A stretch of DNA of 64,000 nt from assembly GCF_006345805.1 (NCBI RefSeq), contig NC_043001.1, forward strand, positions 59,148,001 through 59,212,000. Direction: 5' to 3'. Positions 1 through 11,410 of this stretch are shown piece after piece. Source of the DNA: Octopus sinensis. Lineage: Eukaryota. How positions within the stretch are numbered: position 1 is the stretch's first letter; each line of letters opens with the position of its first letter. Position numbers and translations under genes: made by a program. Below the pieces are notes generated by a model. The model was not told the DNA's origin, searched no databases, and worked only from the letters and a program-made list of their open reading frames with translations.

Positions 1-120
1 ACAGTTAACACTGAAATTAGAATCAAATTGCTAAATTGATTAAAGACGCCGTGATGTGTTAGTCGATTACATAAGGTTAGTTAATATACACACACATACA
101 TGCACATAAATGTATGAATG

Positions 121-232
121 TCTGTCTGTGTACGTGTGTGTGTATGTGTGTGTATGTATGTGCGATTATGCGTGTCTGTACGTGTGCATGTGTGTGTGAG
201 TGTGTGTGTGTGTGTCTGTGTGTGTGTGTGGG
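121..232. repeat. (GT)n/(GTAT)n microsatellite mosaic
   Basis: Visible runs of tgtgtg and gtat units. Confidence 0.9.
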
Positions 233-520
233 GTGGGGGCGGTAACACGTTCTTCAAAATTCGAAATAATAAGTTTTACGAAGAAACAGTGTCCTAGCGT
301 TCCCGCTAACTAATTATGCGTTCACCTACTGTGCTATTATCTTGATCTTGCACAATGCATCGCTTTTAAATGTATTCAGTATGTAGCCTGTATCAAACAA
401 ACACTCACCTAGATCCCGGTTTGAAGCAAGCAGCCTTGCTATATAATTTTTTTTCATTTTTATTTGATATACCACCCTTAATATCTTTAACATGTAATTC
501 TTAATGATACATTAACAACC

Positions 521-915
521 CCTTCTATTGTAGGCACAAGGCGTGAAATTTGGGGGTGGGGGTTAAGTCGATTATATCCACCCCTAGTACTCAACTGGTA
601 CTTAATTTATTGACATTCCCTCCCCCAAAGGATGAAAGGTAAAGTCGACCTCAGCGGAATTTGAACTCAGAACGTAGCGACGGGCGAAATACCTATTTCT
701 TTACTACCCAGAAGGGGCTAAACATAGAGTGGACAAACAAAGGGTTTAAGTCGATTACATCGACCCCAGTGCGTAACTGGTACTTAAGCTATCGACCCCG
801 AAAGAATGAAAGACAAAGTCGACCTCGGCGGAATTTGAACTCAGAACGTAGCGGCAGACGAAATACTGCTAAGAATTTCGCCCGGCGTGCTAACGGTTCT
901 GCCAGCTCGCCGCCT
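521..915 (-). mobile_element. tRNA-derived SINE, family A, dimeric (internally duplicated) form
   Basis: Minus strand starts AGGCGGCGAGCTGGCAGA with a B-box-like GAGTTCAAATTCC. The core (gtcgac...aaaggatgaaagg...gaatttgaactcagaac) occurs twice, near 600-690 and 780-870. Same family at 10295, 25376, 53609 and 61422. Confidence 0.85.
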
Positions 916-3139
916 GGAGACATTATTAATAATGCAACAATGACATTGACATGTCATTTTCACTATATCTCCATCTCCTTCACATCGTCATTCCTTACAC
1001 ATACATATAGTGAATTATTTTCCATATGTGCTTCAACATCATGTTATGGAATCATCAGCCACGAATTCACTATATGCTCCATTCGCCATCCATTCTGTAT
1101 CTGTATTCGCTATTGACAAAACTTCTTTTATTTGCTATTTTAGATTCTCACTAATAAGAAATATGAGTTGAAGTTATTATACTCATTGTCGAAGCAATTA
1201 AAATAAAATGGCTTTAACAAAGTGTTCGATGCACGGTATTACCTTAGCAGTTTTCCTTCTACAATGAAAACCGTTTCACCAAAATCATTGCGAAACAGCT
1301 CTAATTGCTAAAATCAAAAGAGATACTACTCTATTATAAGAATGTAAATTCTTAATTTTATTATGGTAATTATGTGATGAATTTACTCAACCGAAATATT
1401 AGATAATTGGGGTCATCGTGAATATTTTGCAACCTGAATATTATTTTATTGCATGGAATAATCTCTGAATATTTTGAACGCTAAGACTTCTTTTTGATTT
1501 GCTTGTTACATAATTAGATATAATTCCTCAGAAACATTTTAATTTATTACAAGGATATTATGCTCGAGTTAAAAATTATCTATTTACTTTAGTGCGAAAG
1601 AAACAATGTTTATAATTGGACTTCTTCATCTCTAGTTTATTTACTACAACTTCAATTTAAATTGAAATTCAATATTTCAACAAAACACTGAGAAGAAATG
1701 ATTACCCTAAACGAATTAGCGGTATCGTAGTTCACGATGATTCCCGAAGAGTTACCATCGCCAGCAAGAAAGAACGGTTTGAGTTTAAAGCTGATTTATG
1801 TCAGAATATTTTATGCATGTCCATAAGTTACACTACCATAATAAGAGGTACAATCAGAAAGTTCAAGCACTAATTCTGCAGCGCCGGCAGAAAGCTGCAG
1901 ACGGTTGTTTGAGAAGTGAAAGGTAGCAGTGGCCTTCATGAATCAGCGTGAAATTTTGCAATAGAATTACGAAGTCGGCTTCAGAGACATTGAGCCTATT
2001 ACGGCAACCTTAAGGTGCCGAGGCAATAGATCGTATGCTATGTTTCGAGTGACACAGGAGCTTTAGAATGCCATGAACTATATAGAAGATCTGCTACGAG
2101 CGTCACCAGCGGAAATGAGGTATTGTGCATAGATAATTCTTCCCCCAGTGTCAGAAAGTCAATCGAAAATTCTACTGCAGCGTTTTTAAGCGTTGGAGGA
2201 AGGATATTCAGGAACCACATCTATGGAGGGCGAAACATTTTATACTTCACGATGACAATGCGTCCCGAGCTCACTTGGGAGTTTCTCGCCATAAACAGCA
2301 TGGTATCGCTTCTGCACTCGCCCTATTCGACAAATTCATCACCTGAGGACTTAAATCTCCTCACCACAATGAAAGTACAACTCAAAGGTCACTGTTTTAA
2401 CACCGTTGTCGAGATCCAGAGCAAATTGATGAAGGTCTTCTACTTGTTTACAGAAAACAACTTCCTAGCCGGTTTCAAAATGTGACAGGGACACTGGGAC
2501 AAGGTGACTATATCGAAGGTAATGATGTTAAAACTTGGATAAATCTCTCTATATATAAAACTGAGAATGTGTGTCTGCCTGTCTGTCTGTCTGTGTGTTT
2601 CCCTAAAACTTGAGAACTACACAACCAAATTCATTCAAATTTTACACATGCCTTCCTTAGGGTCCGGGGAGTGTCATCGGCAAAAGCTTTTTAACTTTTT
2701 GCCTAGGGCGAGCCCACAGCAATATCATATCTTCTCCACTATGATTCCCTAAAACTTGAGAACTACACAACCAATTTCATTCAAATTTAACACATACCTT
2801 ACGTAGGGTCCATGTAGTTTCATGGGCAAAAAAGCTTCTTGCCTAGCGCGAGCCCATAGCAATAACTTATCTTCTCCACTATTTCAGTATTACGTGTTAA
2901 AAGTGAAACAAAAACATTTCTCTATTTTATGTCAGATACTTTCACTTTAACAATGAAAATTAGAGATAATAATAACAATTGAATTATATGTAGTAAGTAA
3001 TAATTAAAATCAAACTAAAGTATAATGTAATCGTAACATAACAAAAGTAAAAATAGCAATTGGTATAAAATTGCATCAATGACTTGAACTTGAATAAGTG
3101 GTTTCACATGAATGGGAATAAATTAAAAATAAAATTAAT

Positions 3140-5066
3140 GCGTAGAAAAGGAATTCAAAAATCTGGATTCGACTGCAGCTTTTGAGGTGTACAAAACTCA
3201 ACGAGACCGAGCCGTGAAAATTGAAAAGAAAGAACGCTTCAGTTATGAATACAAAATCGCGGCAAATGCCAGTAGCAATCCAAAAACCTTCTTTGCCCAT
3301 GTCCAGCGGAATTCCCGCTTGAACAACCAGATTGCAACGTTGGTAGACTCAACAGGCGTATCGATTGAGGACCCTTATCAACAGAGTCAATTATTTGCCG
3401 AGGCTTTTTCAACTATTTTCAAACAAGATGATGGTCGTGAACTCCCTCCATTTGATAGATCGGTACCTCCAATGCTTCGATTAGTCATCACGCGGGACGA
3501 AGTCAAACATGTTATTCAAGGCCTCGATGTCAACAAGGGTCACAGCCCTGACGGCATACACCCACGGGTTATCAAAGCGTTGGCTCCGGTCATCTGCGAG
3601 CCTTTAACACGACTATTCAATGTCATTGGCGACGGGTGTTATACCTGCAGACTGGAGAACGGCGATAATCTGCCCAATTTTCAAGAAAGGGAGCCGCGAA
3701 GACCCGCTTAACTACCGACCGGTTTCCCTTACATCAATAATCAGCAAGATGTTCGAAACCATCCTTAAGAAAAGTATGATGCTCCACCTCCTAAACACAG
3801 CCTCGATCACTGATTCCCAACACGGCTTCGTGCCGAAGAGATCATGCTTGACCAACTTACTAGTAATGGAAGAATTGGTGACGCGCATCCTCGATGATAG
3901 TGATGCTGTTGACATCGTTTTATTGGACTTTACCAAAGCTTTTGACTCGGTAAACCACCGCCTACTACTTGTCAAGCTTCAAGCATATAGTTTCCATCCG
4001 GATATTGTACGATGGGTTGGTGCCTTCCGCTCAGATCGCTCCTTCCAAGTTCAAGTTAATGGTTCGCGGTCCGACGTCTCCAATGCGAGCAGTGGCGTGC
4101 CTCAAGGTTCAGTCCTTGAGCCCTGGTTGTTCTTAGTCTTCATAAATGACTTGCCCGACGACCTCACGCAACACACCCTTCTATTTGCCGACGATATCAA
4201 ACTGGTCGCTCCTCGCGGTAGTATAGAGGATCTTCGTCGATGCCTCCACCAAATTTGGAAGTGGTCTAACGATTGGGACCTGTGTCTGAACGTGTCAAAG
4301 TGCTGTCATCTGCCTGTCGGCTCTACTCCTGCAACTCAACTTGATTTCGAGCCGGGTCGTCTGCTGCTGGAGAGGACCGATCAGGTAAAGGACCTGGGTA
4401 TCTTGGTGGATTCCTCCTTTTCGCCTTCGGCCCAGTGCGTCCATGCTGCCAACAAAGCGCGCGGAATTCTGTTTTTGATTCGACGGTCATTCGGAATGCT
4501 CACAGCAGCCATATTCCTACCACTCTATGTCACGCTGGCGAGACCCATATTGGAGTATGGGATTCAAGCCTCTTCTCCTTATCTCCTCAAAGACATACAG
4601 CATCTCGAAAGAGTCCAGAGGCTGGCTACCCGCATGGTTCATGGTCTCAAAAATTTGTCCTACGAAGAAAGGCTGAGGACGCTCGACCTTTATTCTCTTG
4701 AAAAACGCCGCCGCCGTGGTGATCTCATTCTCGCCCACAACATCATAAGCGGGAAGTGTAACCTCTCGAAAGAGCTGTTCTTCACTCCTGCTCCGGAGCG
4801 TCGGCTGCGGGGTCATTCCGAAAAGCTCTACCTGCGACGATTTCATCTCAATCGAAGGAGAGGAGCTTTCTCCGTCCGGGTTGCGGATCCGTGGAACAAG
4901 CTGCCAGACGAGATGGTGAAGATGCCGACGACCGCTCGGTTCAAAGCCTCCCTGGACCTCAAGTGGCCTGAACTCTTTACATGAACACCACCCTGTACTT
5001 AACTCCATGTCCCCCTACATGGCCTTGCTATTTGCTTTTGAGCCAAATTAACTAACTAACTAACTA
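3140..5066 (+). mobile_element. 5'-truncated CR1/L2-group LINE (APE-RT class), RT region nearly intact
   Basis: ORFs 3187-3711 and 3620-4984 join across a frameshift near 3620. RT motifs NYRPVSLTS, QHGF, LDFTKAFDSV, GVPQGSVL and LLFADDIKL. C-terminus RLRGHSEKL..FSVRVADPWNKLP. Short 3' UTR and (TAAC)n tail near 5049-5066. The 5' junction is approximate. Confidence 0.92.
3187..4984 (+). pseudogene. LINE ORF2 reverse transcriptase (frameshifted, endonuclease domain missing)
   Basis: See LINE entry. EPLTRLFN and MSLATGVIPADWR lie in different frames, consistent with a small deletion near 3620. Confidence 0.9.
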
Positions 5067-5129
5067 GTCCATTAAATTAAAGAAACGACTATTGTCTATA
5101 AAGTATAAAACGTAAAGAGAAAAAAAAAG

Positions 5130-5430
5130 ATTTGAACACCTGAAGGAAAGCACCATCGAAAAGTGTCTTGGTGCGACTATGAAAGATATCAAGTATCTAA
5201 CCAGAGGCGGTAAATTTGCCACAATAGAAGCAAGGTTCGAGTCAACGGAGCGTGCAAGGGAATACTCGACTCGAACCTTGCAAAGTGGAAATATTTTATT
5301 TTTACCTTTATATCCGGACGTCCCGGATAAAAATTAGAAATGTCCCCCCAGAAGTAGAGGTAGGCTGGATTGTAGCCACACTTCTATACAAGAGGGAGGA
5401 CAAGATACAATTGATCGAAATTGCAAGAGA
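5130..5430 (+). pseudogene. Fragment of L1/Tx1-type ORF1 inside the Helitron
   Basis: Translates to IEARFESTERAREYSTRTLQSGNILFLPLY and RNVPPEVEVGWIVATLLYKREDKIQLIEIAR. These align with EVRFPTEEKARQHSVASLETENIIILSSY and PEEDVTWLIATIVFGSEGKITILQAVR at 12444-12620. Confidence 0.7.
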
Positions 5431-6281
5431 CGGGCCTACAATTCCAGTTTGTTATATATTTTGAGTATTGTTATCACTAGCGATATCAAGATATAACTTT
5501 GTATTTTGTATTTTATGTGTAGATGTATATCTATAGATGTACACACATATACACACATATACATGCACTAGCACTATGACGCGGCAACGCCGGGTCATAA
5601 TGCTAGTAAGTTATATTTTATTAAACATACATTGTTCGGGAACTTTTTAAGACAACCTCTTACTTCACATACTCTCTGTTAAATATAAAGCATAATTGTT
5701 TTTAAAATGTTACAATTATTATTGTTTGCGAGGTAGTAGTGATGGAGATTATTTGTAATTAAATAATGTGTAATGAACTAAGTATACTTATATAAACTGA
5801 GTATGCTGATATATAAATTCAGTTACATCTACTAATTTTGTTGATTCCTTATTTTGTTCTTCTGAAAATTGGTCCTATTCGCTCGAATATTCGATTCTTT
5901 GGTGGCACAACAATGTAATCATGATATATGATCGCAATCGCATGTTAATGATATTCGAACCATTTTCAAAACAAATAGATCATCAAAAACAACGGTAGAT
6001 AGAAGAAACAAAGACGAGCTTATCTCTGCATGTTATGCTTCGTTTTGGACTGTGGTCCTTCGCGAAAAAGTGACAAGAACGAAAGAAAAAAGAAAAGAGA
6101 ACGAATACTAAATGTTAATGTTCCATCACGATTCTCGTCTACAGAGGACACCAGGTGTTAAGAAAAGGCCAGCGTAACTAGCTACAATAGATTGGAGTTT
6201 TCATCTAGGAAAGGTTTTATTTAAGAAAAATAAGGTGACAAAACGTTAATTTAATTTGTGCATAACCCATATGTGTGTAAA

Positions 6282-6972
6282 TCTATATATATAAAACTCA
6301 ACTTGTGTGTCTGTGTGTGTATCTGTGTGTGTGTGTGTGTGTGTTTAACTTCTCGGCACATCTCCTCCTATCCAACAAATCGTAGAACCACCAAAAATGG
6401 GTCACTTAAAGTTTAGGCGAATGAAAATTGAAGTGCGCTATTTCTGTTCCGAAATTCATCTCGCAAGTGCAAAAATCGATAATGTGTTTGTTTAGGCCTT
6501 ATCTCATGCATTGAATAGTGAACTTTACTCAGTCAGCAGTTTGACGTGAACTGTGTTCACCACGCGTGCAAGCATGCGTAAATTGCATGAAAAATAAAAA
6601 ATCAAGATATAAAAACGAATCGCCGTAAACATTGTAGAAATTCGGCAAAGAAATGAATTTTCGGGATGTAGCCTGGGGTTTTTTTCGTATTAATCGTTTG
6701 GACTTCGTGAACACATGCCAATTGTTTTCATAACATTTTTAACGCTTTGAATTAAATGTGACCATTTTGCGTTGAGTCTGCAGTTTGAATCACTTTAACC
6801 AAATTTTAGCAGGCCAGATTTTTGATCATCACGATACATCGCCAGCGACTCCCTGAAACTCTTCCCTGAAATCCCCGTTGAGAAATCTATTATATATATA
6901 ATAATACTTTGAATGTGACTCCTGAGAAAGAGTAAAAGTAATTACCCGATGATCGACGGGTATTACTGCTAG
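6282..6972 (+). mobile_element. Non-autonomous Helitron (691 bp)
   Basis: 5' A|TCTATATATATAAAACT followed by a (GT)n tract, similar to the 2544 element. 3' hairpin TACCCG...CGGGTA (6943-6962), then CTAG|T (6969-6973). Confidence 0.85.
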
Positions 6973-7158
6973 TGTGTAATAAAAGAAAGGATGGAGAGTG
7001 TTATTGGGGAGAAGAAAAGGAATTTTGAAGAGAACACTCGTGTTTTCTACAAAACATTATCGTATGCATGGCATCCCGTTCAGGGCAATTTTTTTATCTC
7101 AAGCTGTTGAACGCCATGAAAACCGAGTAACTTGCCCTATGAGTAACGGTAACGTCTA

Positions 7159-7180
7159 TTGGTTGTTGTTGCTGTTGTTG

Positions 7181-7223
<43 letters not shown>

Positions 7224-7250
7224 GGTTGTTGATGATGATGAGGATCATGA
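7159..7250. repeat. (TTG)/(CTG)/(ATG) trinucleotide repeat
   Basis: Directly visible. Explains the poly-Leu and poly-Ser ORFs. Confidence 0.95.
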
Positions 7251-7399
7251 TCATGATAGTTAATATCAATGATCTAATTGCCGTCAGGTGAAAGACGATC
7301 ATATTTATGCACACAAAACCCTTCGTTCCCAGGTAACCTTCTCCGACCAAAACACCATACGCTAAAACTGCTTTGATTCTATGAGAGGGGACCTTGAGA

Positions 7400-7900
7400 T
7401 CATCCTTTGTGGGCCATATCAATCTTGATTTCTCTTAAGCAACCACTCAGCTGGAACCTTCAATATCACTCCAAATACTGAGTTTCACTTTTACTCAGAA
7501 ACTTTCCTGGCTAAGATATATCACCAAACTACGATTGCATCTAGAAGTCAAGCAGGCATCCTGGATTGTATACAGAGATCAGTTACTCGATTGATTAGCA
7601 GTAAATCCCTCTCAGACGTGCTCTACATTCAATCTCACAGTCGTGCTGTCATCTCTATCTCTGAATTTTCTTTTGCTACTAATCGCCCCTCATTTCCTCG
7701 GAGCTTCCTGTTTTAAGATCCTCCGCTCAGTAGTCCCGACTCATATTTATCTCATCTCTATCTCTCTTGATTCTGTACTCTCGCCCTCCTACTTATTCCT
7801 CTCCAGAACATCGTGCCCTTTGAATCTTTTTCCTGCTCATATTTTCTTCCCAGTTGCTGATTATAACACTTTTAAGGGAACATTATTATCAATAACGATA
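7400..7900 (+). mobile_element. Old CR1/L2-group LINE 3' fragment
   Basis: Translations LDCIQRSVTRLISSKSLS and FLSRTSCPLNLFPAHIFFPVADYNTFKG resemble the CR1/L2 ORF2 C-terminus (LD.IQRRA.RLI..; FFPRT..LWN.LP..FP..Y....FK). Confidence 0.55.
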
Positions 7901-8029
7901 TTATTTGACCCAGAAGAACTGCAAATGTTTCTCCCTATCCAGCAAGTAAGTACATATATGTAAAATTTACACTTTCATAATTCCACCCACCTCTACAAAA
8001 TAGCCGGCCTCTCCGTCTATTCCAAATGA

Positions 8030-8312
8030 GACGATCAACCGAATAGCATGCTTCTGAAATTAACATGCAAGGGGCTGAGAACTCCACAGGTGCGCATACC
8101 GTTAACGTAGTTCTCATAGAGATACAGCGTGACACAGAGTGTGACAAGGCTGGCCATTTGAATTATATGTACAACTCATCTTTTTCAACTGACTGGATTA
8201 GAGCAACGTGAAATAAAGTTTCTTGCTCAAGGCCACAACGCGCCGCCATGAATCGAAAAATCAGAACCTTACGATCGTGAACCGAATATTCTAGCCACTA
8301 AACCACGTGCCC
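8030..8312 (-). mobile_element. tRNA-derived SINE, family C
   Basis: Minus strand starts GGGCACGTGGTTTAGTGG (A-box-like), then TCGATTC (B-box remnant), then GGCCTTGAGCAAGAAACTTTATTTCAC. Confidence 0.75.
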
Positions 8313-9109
8313 TCTCATCCACTGAAACAAGATATTAGAATGATCAATGAAGCAAAGATGTGTAGGAAATACTAAGAAAGAAACTTAATCATTTGTCTTA
8401 AATCCGACTGTTCTTCTACAAACGGCACGCTGAATATATTTTAGTAGTTGGTGGAAATTTAAAGGAGAAACATTATTAAAAGCATTCTAATCGTACTCAT
8501 CACGACATTTTGACTTTAAAGCAAGCACACGGTACACTGCCTGTTTGCATTACGCGCTATCTTGGACCAGTAGATTTTACCACACCTTGTAGTAACTAAT
8601 ACTGTGCAAATAGAATTTGATAAACAAAAGCTATGCGTGAACCAAATTGCATATCTACATATATAAACTTCCCGTTCGTTTGTCCATTCGTTGTTCATTT
8701 ATATACGAACTATTCGTTTTGTCCAAAATTAATAGAAGTGTGCGTCTGACAAATCACATTAGTTCAGCCACGGCATACGAGATGAGTAATAGCCAAAACA
8801 TTTCTATGTCATATCAAGCATATTAGAGTAAATATTCCATGGTATATTTTTGTAGTGTATTTTATGTCAGTCATTGCATTCAGTCACCTAGACAAAATCA
8901 TAGAAATGACTACCTGTTGATTCGTTGTACACTATTGGTGCTTCCATTAGCACAGTATCTTGTGCAATCTATGTTGCATAGACGCTGCTGTATCGCTCTC
9001 ACCAATGTACACACACTGAACCAGTGAATGGTCTTTTGCTAATAAATAAGAAAAATATTTTATGCAATAGAAACATATACACACACAAACACATAGACAC
9101 AGATGTTTA

Positions 9110-9262
9110 CGGAAAAAGCAAAAGACTAAGACAGGTGTATGAACAACAAGCAGGTGTATTAGTTTGATGCTCAGGAATATGAGAAAGTATTTTACGTTTC
9201 GAGCCTACGCTCTTCAAAAGAAAGGAACCGGAGAAAATAAACAGAGAGAGAATAAAAAAACT
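9110..9262 (-). mobile_element. Penelope-like terminal repeat remnant, family H1 (variant hammerhead copy at 9188-9225)
   Basis: Contains ACGTTTCGAGCCTACGCTCTTCAA. Homologous to 37960-38100, 56110-56312 and 62270-62400. Abuts a (TA)n tract. The PLE assignment rests on the hammerhead-like motif and is inference. Confidence 0.6.
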
Positions 9263-9285
9263 CACCCTGATATATATATATACAT

Positions 9286-9324
<39 letters not shown>

Positions 9325-9396
9325 TATATATATATAAAACATTATTGGTGAATTGAAGAAATGGAGCTGAACGCAGATTGAACAGAAATCGTTTTA

Positions 9397-9485
9397 TTTC
9401 ATTCTACACGTGTTTCGAAAGGCAAAAATTACCAAAATCCGATTGAATAATGGGACCATATTGTGTCTTTCTCTTCAGGAAGAAA
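9397..9485 (-). ncRNA. Type I hammerhead ribozyme, mirror copy in the left arm
   Basis: Reverse complement of 9949-10037 with one substitution in the distal part of stem II. Confidence 0.72.
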
Positions 9486-9948
9486 AAAGGAAATCCGTTG
9501 GAAAAACAAAAACAGAACAGAGGCAGAGCAAAAAACAAATCGAACTGTGCTCCTAAGAGCCCATGGCGAAACTGTTTATCAGTGTATGTTGAGAACCGGT
9601 GGCTGAAGAATTCAACAGGTCAGGCATCGGTCAATCATGTGGGTGAGGGTGTCAACACACACATATATAGAACAGTATACACACACACACGTCTCTAAGT
9701 AGATTTTTTCTCGCCCCTTATAAAACATCCAATATTCTTTAAATAGTCAGAACTTTATTCTCGGTCACAAAGAACATCTATACACCCTCACCCACATGAT
9801 TGACCGATGCCTGACCTGTTGAATTCTTCAGCCACCGGTTCTCAACATACACTGATAAACAGTTTCGCCATGGGCTCTTAGGAGCACAGTTCGATTTGTT
9901 TTTTGCTCTGCCTCTGTTCTGTTTTTGTTTTTCCAACGGATTTCCTTT

Positions 9949-10037
9949 TTTCTTCCTGAAGAGAAAGACACAATATGGTCCCATTATTCAATCGGATTTT
10001 GGTAATTTGTGCCTTTCGAAACACGTGTAGAATGAAA
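9949..10037 (+). ncRNA. Type I hammerhead ribozyme (PLE-associated)
   Basis: CTGAAGA (9956-9962). Stem II GAAAG/CTTTC extended by CACAA/TTGTG. GAAA (10018-10021). Palindromic stem III ACACGTGT. Cleavage triplet GUA at 10029. Stem I TTTCTTC/GAA(T)GAAA. Confidence 0.75.
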
Positions 10038-10245
10038 TAAAACGATTTCTGTTCAATCTGCGTTCAGCTCCATTTCTTCAATTCACCAATAATGTTTTAA
10101 TTTCAATTATCCGCACCAACGCACGGTTGCAACGCCAGATGGTTGTACCTCCAACCGTGCTGTTCACTGCTGTGATTTTTGCTACTAAGGTATCGGTTAA
10201 ACTTTTGATTAATCTACTACAAGATTATTCATCTTTCTATTTCAC

Positions 10246-10294
<49 letters not shown>

Positions 10295-10298
<4 letters not shown>

Positions 10299-10526
10299 CT
10301 TTACTGCCCACAAGGGGCTAAACATAGAGGGGACAAACAAGGACAGACGAAGAGATTGAGTCGATTATATCACCCCCAGTGCGAAACTGGTACTTTATTT
10401 ATCGACCCCGAAAGGATGAAAGGCAAAGTTGACCTCGGTGGAATTTGAACTCAGAACGTAACGACAGACGAAATACCGCTAAGCATTTCGCCCGGCGCGC
10501 TAACGACGTGTCTGCCAGCTTGCCGC

Positions 10527-10528
<2 letters not shown>
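10295..10528 (-). mobile_element. tRNA-derived SINE, family A (monomer)
   Basis: Homologous to 690-915. Flanked by (TA)n. Confidence 0.85.
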
Positions 10529-10597
<69 letters not shown>

Positions 10598-10604
10598 GTA
10601 TATG

Positions 10605-10665
<61 letters not shown>

Positions 10666-10691
10666 ATATGAGTGGCTATATATATATATAT

Positions 10692-10862
10692 AGGAGTGGC
10701 TGTGTGGTAAGAAGCTTGTTTACCAACCACATGGTTCTGGGTTCAATCCCACTGCGTGGCATCTTGGTCAAGTGTCTTCTGCTATAGCCCCATCCGGCCA
10801 ATGCCTTGTGAGTGGATTTGGTAGACGGAAACTGAAAGAAGCCTGTCGTATATATATATATA

Positions 10863-10921
<59 letters not shown>

Positions 10922-11143
10922 ATATGTTTGTGTGTCTGCGTTTGTCCCCCTAGCATTGCTTGACAACTAATGCTGGTGTGTTTATGTCCCCGTCACCTAG
11001 CGGTTCGGTAAAAGAGACCGATAGAATAAGTACTGGGCTTACAAAAGAATAAGTCCCGGGGTCGAGTTGCTCGGCTAAAGGCGGTGCTCTAGCATGGCCG
11101 CAGTCAAATGACTGAAACAAGTAAAAGAGAGAAAAGAGAGAGT
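10692..11143 (+). mobile_element. tRNA-derived SINE, family B, with internal (TA)n(GT)n
   Basis: Head GGAGTGGCTGTGTGGTAAG (A box) and GGTTCAATCCC (B box). Tail GCATGGCCGCAGTCAAATGACTGAAACAAGTAAAAGAG. Confidence 0.85.

Positions 11144-11410
<267 letters not shown>

Larger units (their letters stand above)
2544..5606 (+). mobile_element. Non-autonomous Helitron carrying an inserted LINE and an ORF1-like fragment
   Basis: 5' A|TCTCTCTATATATAAAA. 3' hairpin TATGAC-g-CGGC-aac-GCCG-g-GTCATA (5575-5599), then CTAG|T (5603-5607). A|T target with no TSD. Internal direct duplication 2601-2742 / 2747-2882. Confidence 0.85.
1842..5662 (+). mobile_element. Decayed mariner DNA transposon, interrupted at 2543/5607 by a Helitron
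   Basis: Left end TAAGAGGT..AAAGTTC (1842) matches the reverse complement of the right end GAACTTT..ACCTCTTA (ends 5662). ORF 2123-2485 has LHSPYSTNSSPEDL..KVQLKGHCF, a degenerate mariner HPPYSPDLAPSDF..LKG.RF C-terminus. The mariner 3' sequence resumes after 5607. Confidence 0.8.
9335..10248 (+). mobile_element. Penelope-like element end with an inverted partial terminal repeat, inserted in (TA)n
   Basis: Arms 9335-9652 and 9782-10099 are reverse complements (one mismatch seen), with a 129-bp spacer. A hammerhead lies in each arm, AATAAA follows the plus-strand copy, and (TA)n tracts flank both sides. Confidence 0.75.

Noticed and set aside
661-1116. 151-aa ORF, and similar ORFs at 25465 and 61672
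   Set aside because: Antisense read-through of SINE family A.
6998-7422. Poly-Leu and poly-Ser ORFs
   Set aside because: Produced by the (CTG)n/(TTG)n repeat; no other coding signal.
9450-9984. Two identical short ORFs on opposite strands
   Set aside because: A consequence of the inverted repeat; no protein motif.
10692-10770. tRNA-like sequences with A and B boxes
   Set aside because: SINE heads followed by SINE bodies; no complete cloverleaf.
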